32,623 bases of DNA, taken from assembly GCA_044220955.1 (NCBI GenBank), contig JBGAQA010000080.1, positions 1 through 32,623 on the forward strand, read 5' to 3'. Positions 9,155-16,895 of this stretch are shown in pieces. The notes beneath the pieces were generated by a model. It was not told where the DNA came from, ran no database searches, and was given only the letters and a program-made list of their open reading frames with translations. Each line of letters opens with the position of its first letter. Position 1 is the first letter of the stretch. The DNA is from Sandaracinaceae bacterium (GTDB lineage Bacteria; Myxococcota_A; Polyangia; Polyangiales; Sandaracinaceae). Made by a program: the position numbers and the translations under genes.

Positions 9155-10711
9155 GTGCCCGCGGAGATCCACCTTTCTCTCGTGGACCTGCTCGAGCTCG
9201 CGGGGCTGGATCGGGAGGACGTCGAGCGACCCTGGGTCGCAGCGCCGCCGCCGCCGCGGCTCGCGCTCGTGGACCGCGAGCATCGGCCGATCCGCGCGCT
9301 GCGGGAGGTGGCGGGCGATCCGCTCCGCGCGCTGAGAGCGTCCGCGGCGCTGTGGGACGCGGATCGAGAGCGCGCGACGGCGTTCGCGGAGATGGCCGTG
9401 ACCGGGCGCGAGGCGCGGGCCGCGTTCGAGCGCCTGGCGCCCTCGGGCGGCGACGTCGCTCGGGACGCGCGAGGCGCGCAGGCGCTCGCCTACGCGACGA
9501 AGGTCGCGGCGTACCTCGACGCCGGACGCGCCGAGCGCGTGCCCATGGCGGTCGAGCTCGCCGGCGCGAAGGGTGTCTTGCTCGCGCCGGGGACCGACGC
9601 GCCCTGGCTCGCCGTCGCGGCGGAGCGCGACGCGCCCTACCGCCCCGTGAACGTCGGAGTGACGCGGCACGCGCAGCGCGACGTGGACGTCGTGGTTCGC
9701 GCCCGAGAGGGCGACGTCGTGGTGCGCACGCGCTGCGCGAGCGCGGGCGACCTCTCGAGCCCGCGCGGCGTCGTGCTCCTCTTGCACGGGCTCGGCTCCC
9801 GGCTGGAGGAGCTCGACGTGGTCGCCGACGCGCTCGCCGCGCGCGGCCTCGGCGTCGTCGCCGTCGATCTGCCGAGCCAGGGCTACGCCGCCCGGATCGC
9901 TCCCGCCCTCGTCGGCGACCCCGCGCAGGGATCGTACGCGGCGCCTCGCTGGGACCGCGACGACGGCTACGCCTACCTCGCGTTCGCGGAGCGCTTCGTG
10001 CTCGCGCTGGCGGTCTCGCTGGGGCTGCGCGATCGTCTCGTGGCGGTGGGCGGCGGCTCGCTCGGGGGCACCCTCGCGCTGCGCATCGCCATCCACGGCG
10101 GGCTCGGCCCGAGCGTGTCGTCGATCGCCTGGTCTCCCGGCTCGGTGTGGGGCACGCAGCAGACGAACTACGTGAACTGGGCGGCGATCCAGGCGACCGC
10201 TGGCCGGCGCTTGTTCCGGCCCGAGGCGCTGGCGGACGACCACGAGGTGGGCGCGCACGACTCCCGCACCGACTACATCCGCTGGGTGTTCGAGGCGCCG
10301 ATGGCGCTGGTGAAGGCACAACCGACGCTCTGGTTCAAGGGCATGCCGCTCGAGGCCGAGCACACGGCCGCAGCGCGCGCCGACCGCCGCGAGCTCTACG
10401 ACCACGCGCACCGCATCACCTGCCTCGCGCTCGCGTACGAGCAGACGATCTACTCCATCACGGAGATCCCGCGCGGCGAGACGCTGCCGCGCTACGCGCG
10501 CATCGCGGCCCCGGTGCTCGTCGTCGCCGGCACGCGCGACGACGACATGCTCGACATCCACCGCGAGGTCGGCAAGCTCGCGCAGCGGATGCGCAAGCAC
10601 GGCCGCCGCGGCCGCGTCGTGCGGATGGACGCCTGCCACTCGATCCACGACGAGCGTCCCCGGCGGCTCGCACGCGAGATCGACGTGTTCTTGCGCGACT
10701 GCGTCGCATGA
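9155..10711 (+). CDS. alpha/beta-fold hydrolase with N-terminal extension (~518 aa)
   Basis: LLLHGLGS (oxyanion), VDLPSQG, GGSLGG (nucleophile), GTRDD and CHSIHDE. GTG start at 9155 chosen because the upstream part of ORF 8198..10711 overlaps tonB. Confidence 0.8.
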   Translation: MPAEIHLSLVDLLELAGLDREDVERPWVAAPPPPRLALVDREHRPIRALREVAGDPLRALRASAALWDADRERATAFAEMAVTGREARAAFERLAPSGGDVARDARGAQALAYATKVAAYLDAGRAERVPMAVELAGAKGVLLAPGTDAPWLAVAAERDAPYRPVNVGVTRHAQRDVDVVVRAREGDVVVRTRCASAGDLSSPRGVVLLLHGLGSRLEELDVVADALAARGLGVVAVDLPSQGYAARIAPALVGDPAQGSYAAPRWDRDDGYAYLAFAERFVLALAVSLGLRDRLVAVGGGSLGGTLALRIAIHGGLGPSVSSIAWSPGSVWGTQQTNYVNWAAIQATAGRRLFRPEALADDHEVGAHDSRTDYIRWVFEAPMALVKAQPTLWFKGMPLEAEHTAAARADRRELYDHAHRITCLALAYEQTIYSITEIPRGETLPRYARIAAPVLVVAGTRDDDMLDIHREVGKLAQRMRKHGRRGRVVRMDACHSIHDERPRRLAREIDVFLRDCVA

Positions 10712-10861
10712 GTCGGCCGACGTGAGCTCGCGCGCGCCGACGCGCGAGGGATCGCACGCTCGGCGACACGCCACGTCGTCCACGACGCGGTGCGTAAGGG
10801 TCGACGCACCGAAAAAAGCCGGCCCCGCGCGCGTTCGCCCTCTATAGTCGGCCGCCGCGTG

Positions 10862-13372
10862 ATGCTCGACCGATGGATCGACCGCTTCGCCGAGATCGTG
10901 ACGGGGCAGCGCAAGGTCGTGCTGCTCGGGGTCTTTCTCCTCGTGGCGTTCTGCGCGGCGCAGCTGCCGCGCCTGCAGACCGACACCGCCCCCGAGAACC
11001 TGATCATCTCGTTCGGCGGCTACGAGGAGCGGGTCCGCGAGTTCCGTAGCTACTTCGGCGACACCGACAGCGTGATCGTGCTCCTCGTGACGGCCGACGA
11101 CGTCACGCAGCTCGCGCCGCTGCAGTACGTGAACGACCTCTCGCGCCACTTCAAGCAGGTGCAGGAGGTCCACCGCGTCGCGAGCCTCACGGTGACGCCG
11201 CTGCCGGGCGCCTACGTGGACGACTCCGACGCGTCCGAGGGTGACCTCGGTAGCCTCGACGACCTCGACGACCTCGAGGGCGAACCGAGCGCGGACGCCG
11301 GGGACGAGATGGCGCCGGGGGACCGCGAAGCCCTCGAGCGCCTCATCGCCCTCGCGCCGGAGCGCTTCCCGCTGGGCCTGATCACCGTGGGCGAGCGCGT
11401 GGGCGCGGGCGACGAAGGGCTGCACGGAGTGGTCCGCGGCGACACGGTGAGCGAGGCCGAGGCAGCGGCGATCCGGCGCGCGCTCGAGAACGCGCCGCTC
11501 GTCGAGGGGCAGCTCGTGAGCCGCGACCACACGCTGGCCGCGGTCGTGCTCATCCTCGACCCCGAGCTCGGAACGGGCCAGCGGCGCCTGGAGTTCGTGC
11601 ACGTCGTCGACGCGTGGCTGCGCCACCACGCGCCGCCCGCGGGCGTCGAGGTGCACACGGCGGGCCTGCCGCACCTGCGCGCGGCGATCAGCGACGCCAT
11701 GCTCGAGGATCAGGTCGTCCTCGTCCCGCTCTCGCTGCTCACGTGCATCGTGCTGCTCTTCGTCTCGTTCCGCTGGCTCGCGAGCACGCTGCTACCGCTG
11801 CTCACGGTCGGGATGAGCGTCGTCTGCGTGCTCGGAGGCATGGCGCTCGTCGGCGAGCGGCTGACGATCCTCATGAACACGCTCCCGACGCTGATGATCG
11901 TCATGGGGATCGCCGAGGCGGTCCACGTCCTCGGGCGCTACGCGGAGGAGAGCCGTCGCGTCCACGATCGTGTCGCGGCCGCCCGCGGCGTGCTCAAGCA
12001 CCTCGCCATCGCGTGCTTCCTCACCTCGTTCACCACCGCCGTCGGCTTCGCGTCGCTCCTCGTGGCGCAGACCGAGATGCTGCGGCGCTTCGGCGCGGTC
12101 GCCGCGATCGGTGTGATGGTGACCTACGTCATCCTCATGACCTTCGTCCCGGCCGCGATGACGTTCTTCGGTCCGCCGCGGCACGCGCCCACGGATCGCG
12201 AGGCCACGCCCCACGATCTGCTCGAGAAGGCGCTCGTCGTGTCGACCGCGTGGATCACGCGGCGGCCCTGGACGATCATCCTGCTCACCTCGGCGCTGAT
12301 GGTGCCCTGCGTGTGGGCGTACAACTCGATCGTCGTCGACACGTCGCTGCGCGACACGTTCGATCCGAACGACCCGGTCGTGATCTCGACGCGCCTGGTC
12401 GAGGAGAAGCTCGACGGCATCCGCCCGCTCGAGGTGATGCTGAGCGCCGAGGCGGAGGGGCGCCTGCGTGACCCCGAGGTGATCGCGGCGGTCGACCGCG
12501 TCGCGGCGTGGGCGCGGACCCAGCCAGGCGTGCTGCGCGCGACGAGCCAGTCCGACTACCTCCACGAGAGCTGGCGCCGCATCGCGGGGCTGACGCGCGA
12601 AGAGACCGACGCTCCCTTCGTCTCGCGCGCGGAGGTCGAGGCCCTCGACACCCTCCTCGGCCGCCTCGATCCGAACCCGCTCGACGCCTACCGCACGGCC
12701 GACGGCCGCCACGCGCGACTCGAGATCCGCGTCGCCGACATCGGCGCGCAGCGGAGCATCCGGCTCATCGACGCCGTCCAGCAGCACCTCGACGAGGCGC
12801 TGGCCGAGACCCCCGACGTGCACACCCAGCTGCTCGGCGAGGCGTTCATCGGCTCGCACGGTGTCGACGCCGTGGTGCAGGACATGTTCGGCAGCCTCGC
12901 GCTCTCGGCCGTCGTCATCTTCCTGACCATCGCGCTGCTCTTCAGGAGCGCGCGGCTGGGCCTGCTCTGCATCCCGCCGAACATCATCCCGCAGATCGGC
13001 ACGGTCGCGTGGATGGTGATGCGCGACATCCCGCTGAATGCCAGCACGGCGATCGTGTTCTCGGTCGCGATCGGCGTCTCGGTCGACCTGACCACGCACG
13101 GCTTCGCGCGCCTGATCGAGGAGGAGGAGCGTGGGCTGCTCCGTCGCGCCGCCATCCTGCGGTCTGCGCGCGGGACGGGCCGCGCCATCGTGGTGTCGTG
13201 CGTCACGTTGATCCTCGGCTTCGCGGTGCTCTTGCTCTCGGGCTTCGTGCCCATCCGTCAATTCGGTGAGCTGATCGCGGCCGCGCTGACCTTCTCGCTT
13301 CTGACGACGCTGATCTTCCAGCCGGCGCTGCTGATGATCTTCGGCCCGCAGACGCTGAAGAAGCGCGCCTGA
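10862..13372 (+). CDS. MMPL/RND family transporter (~836 aa)
   Basis: Two repeats of 1 TM + large loop + 5 TM; TSFTTAVGFASL, GRAIVVSCVTLILGFAVL, FGELIAAAL. Confidence 0.9.
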   Translation: MLDRWIDRFAEIVTGQRKVVLLGVFLLVAFCAAQLPRLQTDTAPENLIISFGGYEERVREFRSYFGDTDSVIVLLVTADDVTQLAPLQYVNDLSRHFKQVQEVHRVASLTVTPLPGAYVDDSDASEGDLGSLDDLDDLEGEPSADAGDEMAPGDREALERLIALAPERFPLGLITVGERVGAGDEGLHGVVRGDTVSEAEAAAIRRALENAPLVEGQLVSRDHTLAAVVLILDPELGTGQRRLEFVHVVDAWLRHHAPPAGVEVHTAGLPHLRAAISDAMLEDQVVLVPLSLLTCIVLLFVSFRWLASTLLPLLTVGMSVVCVLGGMALVGERLTILMNTLPTLMIVMGIAEAVHVLGRYAEESRRVHDRVAAARGVLKHLAIACFLTSFTTAVGFASLLVAQTEMLRRFGAVAAIGVMVTYVILMTFVPAAMTFFGPPRHAPTDREATPHDLLEKALVVSTAWITRRPWTIILLTSALMVPCVWAYNSIVVDTSLRDTFDPNDPVVISTRLVEEKLDGIRPLEVMLSAEAEGRLRDPEVIAAVDRVAAWARTQPGVLRATSQSDYLHESWRRIAGLTREETDAPFVSRAEVEALDTLLGRLDPNPLDAYRTADGRHARLEIRVADIGAQRSIRLIDAVQQHLDEALAETPDVHTQLLGEAFIGSHGVDAVVQDMFGSLALSAVVIFLTIALLFRSARLGLLCIPPNIIPQIGTVAWMVMRDIPLNASTAIVFSVAIGVSVDLTTHGFARLIEEEERGLLRRAAILRSARGTGRAIVVSCVTLILGFAVLLLSGFVPIRQFGELIAAALTFSLLTTLIFQPALLMIFGPQTLKKRA

Positions 13373-13584
13373 AGGCCGCGGGCTCGTCGCCCTCGAATCC
13401 GTCCCTGAATCGACGACCGTCTCGGGCACGGAGCCGAGCCGAGAACGTCCTGAGAGAACAGGGCGACGTCGAGATGAGTGGAATCCTGAGCGGCTCACGC
13501 CCCCCGAGGACTCATAGCCTGTCCCAAAATCGACGACGGCCGCGGGCAGGATCCGGTGGCCGCGCGCGACGAGCGGTGTGCCTC

Positions 13585-13678
13585 GCGAGCGTAGCGAGCG
13601 GAGTGGGGTGAGACGCATCCGGCTCCGCCGGTGCGGCGAGGGGCCCGCTCAGGCCGATCAGGGCCCCTGCAGACTCAC
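13585..13678. other. structured palindromic element (REP/MITE-like repeat or structured RNA)
   Basis: GCGAGCG-TA-GCGAGCG direct repeat followed by a three-stem fold: GTGAG(13608-12)/CTCAC(13674-78), GCA-T-CCGGC(13615-23)/GCCGG-TGC(13627-34), AGGGGCCC(13639-46)/GGGCCCCT(13661-68). Confidence 0.55.
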
Positions 13679-13679
13679 G

Positions 13680-16382
13680 TCAGTTGATCCGGACGATCGC
13701 GCCCACGATCGTGTGGTCCGCCACGGCCGTCGCGCTCACCGTGGTGCCGCTGGTCGTCACGCCCATCGGCGAGAGCGCGACCGACGACTGGCCGCACGTG
13801 AGGTTCACGCCTGCGGGCCCCGAGACGTCGACGGTGCCGTCGGACGAGAGCGTGATGGACGCCGCGCCACACCCGAGCGCGATGCGCGACGTCGACGCGA
13901 TCGTGACGTGCCCCTGGTCGTTCACGCTGATGACGCTGCTCCCGACGATGATCCGGACCGCGGCCGGCGAGAGCACGTTCACCCCGTCGCGCAGATCGAT
14001 CTCGTGGAGGCTCTGCGCGCCGAGGCGGATGCCCCCGTCCGCGTAGACGAGCTTGTTGCCGGTGGCGCTGCTCTGGTCGTCACCGGTGACGGCCGTCTGG
14101 CGCCCGCCACCGAACGACTCGCGATCCTCGCCGCGCACGTGCAGCTCGCGCCCGGCCTGGTGCTCGAGCGTGGCCTTGCCCACGACCGTCTCGTGCTGCT
14201 CACCCCGGACGATGCGCCGCTCGTCGGTCCCGGTCTCGATTCGACGGGAGCTCTCGACGTAGATCTCCTCGATGCCGTCGACGCGCGCATAGCGGTCCTG
14301 GCGCACGTGCAGGTGCTGGTCGCCGCCGATCGTCTCGGTGTGATCGGCGTCCACCGTGTTGGTCTGGTTGCGCTCGACGTGCGTCGTGTGGTCGTGCTCG
14401 ACGTGCTCGTCCAGATCTTTCTGCGCGTGGACGAGGATCTGCTCCTGACCCGCCGCGTCGTCGAACGTGAGCTCGTTGCCGTGCGTGGCGCCCGCGTCCG
14501 GCGAGCTGCGCGTGCGGATGCCGCTCTTGGTCCACTCGGCCTCGGTCTTGTACGGCGGCTCACACTCGGCGTTGTAGAGGCAGCCGGCGATGACGGGGCG
14601 GTCCGGGTCGCCGTCGAGGAACGCGACCGCGACCTCCATGCCGACGCGCGGGAGGAACATCGTACCGAAGCCGCTGCCGGCCCAGCTCTGCATGACGCGC
14701 ACGAGCGCCGAGCTCCGCTCGTCGAAGGTCCCTTGCCGGTCCCAGCGCATCTGGATGCGCACACGCCGGTGCTCGTCGCTGTGGATCTCCTGCCCGCCCC
14801 CGCCGGTGACGATCGCCGAGAGCATGCCGTGGACGCGCGGCTTCGGCGTGACCTCGGGCATCCGGTACGGCACTTGCGCGGGGATCGCCTCGAACGAGCA
14901 CTCGTAGCTGACGTCGTCCGCGGCGTAGCCCGCGCTGCCGAGCAGATCGCGGAGCTCGGGCGAGTGACCCCGGTGCGACACCGCGAGCACGAGCAGCTCG
15001 CCGTCGAGCGTGGCGACGGGGTGTTCCTCGATCGTGATCGTCCGGCCCGGCGCGAGCCGGAGCACGTTGCCGGCGCCGCGGAGCACGTGCGCCTCGAGCG
15101 CGTGGGCCTCGCGCCGGGTGGCGAGGCGCCGCTCGGCGTCGCTCTCGAGGTACGCCTTCCGCTCGTAGACGCCGTGGGTGACCGCACGGTCGTGATCGTA
15201 GCGCTCGCGCGAGCGTCCCTGCGGGTCCTGTCCGTGCACGTGCGCCTCGATCGCCGCGGCGGGGCGCACCTGCGTCCAGTCGAGATCGGTGAGGGCGAAG
15301 CTCGTCGTGCGGAGCTGCGTCGCGGCGAGCAGCTCGTGCACGTGCTCGGTGTCGCTCGTCTCGCCGCGCTGCTCGACGAAGGGGATGGACTCGTCGTCGG
15401 GCAGGAGCGCCGGCATACCGTCCCGGCCGTCGACGAGCACCACCTTCTCGGTGCCGTCGGACGCCCACTCGAAGAAGTACGTGATGCCCTCTTCCTCCAT
15501 CAAGCGCTGGGCGAAGTCGAGGTCCGACTCGCCGTACTGCACGCAGTGCTCGCGCCGCCAGTAGTGCCGCCGGGTGTGCTGCTCGAGGACGCGCGAGTAG
15601 CCCTCGAGCCCGCCCCCGAGGACCGCGTCCAGGATCTCGAGCACGTCGAGGTCCTGGAAGACGCGGCTGTCGCGGGTCAGCCCGAGGAGCGCCAGCGCAG
15701 GCACGAGCTCGACCGTGACGACGCGGGCACGATCGGTGGTGCGTCCGAGCTCGATGCGGCCCACCAGACCGCCGATCACGCGCTCGTGATCCTCGCCGCG
15801 GCGCAGCGTCAGCCGCGCGTTCACGCCGAGCATCGCGCCCGGGTCGAGGTCGAGATCCTCGGTGGCGAGCACGACGGTCGTCACGAAGGGCCGGCCGATG
15901 CGCTCCTCGTGGGTGAAGGACGCGACCAGCCACTGCGCGTCGGGAAGCGCGCCCGACTCGAACGCGAACGTCACCCGGTGGCGGTTCGCCTCCGACACCG
16001 CACCCTCGATCGCGTCGACCACCGAGCGGACCAGCCCGGCCGCGCCGCCGACGAGCGAGGCCGCGCTGCTCACGACCCCGAGCGCCTGGCTCACCCCGGG
16101 GTCGATCCCCGATGCGAAGCTCGACGCGCCGCCGAGCGCGCTGCCGAGCCCACCGAGCACGCCGGGGACGAGCTGCTCGGCCGAGGCGCCCTCACCTCCG
16201 CGCGCGGCCAGCTGCGTCGCGACCTGGACGCCACCGGCGAGCGCGTCTGCCACGCGTGCCGCCCCCTGCATGCCGCCCTCGATGCCCGAGACGGGCTGGG
16301 GCGCGTCCGGCAGCACCGGGATCGACATCCCCTGCGGAAACGCGGGCGTTCCGCTCCCTGCTCCTCCCTCGGCCGCCGACAT
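13680..16382 (-). CDS. vgrG: type VI secretion spike protein VgrG (900 aa) with N-terminal extension
   Basis: REHCVQYGESDLDFAQRLMEEEGITYFF, PYRMPEVTPKP, SWAGSGFGTMFLPRVGMEVAVAFLDGDPDRPVIAGCLYN, SGIRTRSS, NELTFDD...VHAQKD and gp5-like repeats. ATG at 16382 is preceded by GGAGGT. Confidence 0.95.
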   Translation of the reverse strand: MSAAEGGAGSGTPAFPQGMSIPVLPDAPQPVSGIEGGMQGAARVADALAGGVQVATQLAARGGEGASAEQLVPGVLGGLGSALGGASSFASGIDPGVSQALGVVSSAASLVGGAAGLVRSVVDAIEGAVSEANRHRVTFAFESGALPDAQWLVASFTHEERIGRPFVTTVVLATEDLDLDPGAMLGVNARLTLRRGEDHERVIGGLVGRIELGRTTDRARVVTVELVPALALLGLTRDSRVFQDLDVLEILDAVLGGGLEGYSRVLEQHTRRHYWRREHCVQYGESDLDFAQRLMEEEGITYFFEWASDGTEKVVLVDGRDGMPALLPDDESIPFVEQRGETSDTEHVHELLAATQLRTTSFALTDLDWTQVRPAAAIEAHVHGQDPQGRSRERYDHDRAVTHGVYERKAYLESDAERRLATRREAHALEAHVLRGAGNVLRLAPGRTITIEEHPVATLDGELLVLAVSHRGHSPELRDLLGSAGYAADDVSYECSFEAIPAQVPYRMPEVTPKPRVHGMLSAIVTGGGGQEIHSDEHRRVRIQMRWDRQGTFDERSSALVRVMQSWAGSGFGTMFLPRVGMEVAVAFLDGDPDRPVIAGCLYNAECEPPYKTEAEWTKSGIRTRSSPDAGATHGNELTFDDAAGQEQILVHAQKDLDEHVEHDHTTHVERNQTNTVDADHTETIGGDQHLHVRQDRYARVDGIEEIYVESSRRIETGTDERRIVRGEQHETVVGKATLEHQAGRELHVRGEDRESFGGGRQTAVTGDDQSSATGNKLVYADGGIRLGAQSLHEIDLRDGVNVLSPAAVRIIVGSSVISVNDQGHVTIASTSRIALGCGAASITLSSDGTVDVSGPAGVNLTCGQSSVALSPMGVTTSGTTVSATAVADHTIVGAIVRIN

Positions 16383-16489
16383 GCGCCACCTCCGGGTCCG
16401 TTCTCGGCGCCACGGGCCGCCGGTTGCCTCTCCTTCGGCATTCTTTCCGCGTTCTTCCGATCCGGACGGCGCTTCGATACGATCCACCC

Positions 16490-16882
16490 GTGCATCTGCC
16501 CCGAGCGCTGATCGTCGAGGACTCGGCCGCGATGCGCGCCTTCCTGCGGGCGGCGCTCGAGGAGGGGGGCCTCGCCGACGACATCGTCGAGGCCAAGAGC
16601 GGCTTCGAGGCGCTGAGGATCCTGCCGCGGGAGCGCTTCGACTTCGCGTTCGTGGACATCAACATGCCGGACATCCACGGGCTGGAGGTCATCCGGCTCA
16701 TGCGCGCGAGCGAGGCGCACACCCGGACGCCGATCCTCGTGGTGAGCTCCGAGGCGTCTCCGCGGGATCTCGAGCGCGGGCTCTCGCTCGGCGCCGATGG
16801 ATGGCTGAAGAAGCCTTTCACCCAGGACGGGCTCAAGGCGGCCATCCGCGAGATCCTGGAGAAGCGCGGCGTGCGGTCGTGA
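16490..16882 (+). CDS. cheY: CheY-like single-domain response regulator
   Basis: ALIVEDS, FVDINMP (phospho-Asp), LVVSS and LKKPF. GTG start at 16490 within ORF 16112..16882. Confidence 0.88.
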   Translation: MHLPRALIVEDSAAMRAFLRAALEEGGLADDIVEAKSGFEALRILPRERFDFAFVDINMPDIHGLEVIRLMRASEAHTRTPILVVSSEASPRDLERGLSLGADGWLKKPFTQDGLKAAIREILEKRGVRS

Positions 16883-16895
16883 GCGAAGGCAGCGC

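Noticed and set aside
8198..10711. 837-aa ORF as a single protein overlapping tonB; likewise ORFs 20122..23040, 24184..26574 and 26634..29696 at full length
   Set aside because: Their N-terminal parts overlap well-supported genes and are low-complexity. The true starts are downstream (9155, 22132, 25534, 28251).
10788..10817. Hairpin CGGTGCGT/ACGCACCG followed by AAAAAA as an intrinsic terminator
   Set aside because: The A-tract is on the wrong side, so neither strand has a U-tract 3' of the stem.
13680..16382. Prophage or extracellular contractile injection system locus
   Set aside because: No sheath, tube, baseplate, PAAR or phage genes nearby; only a solitary T6SS-type vgrG.
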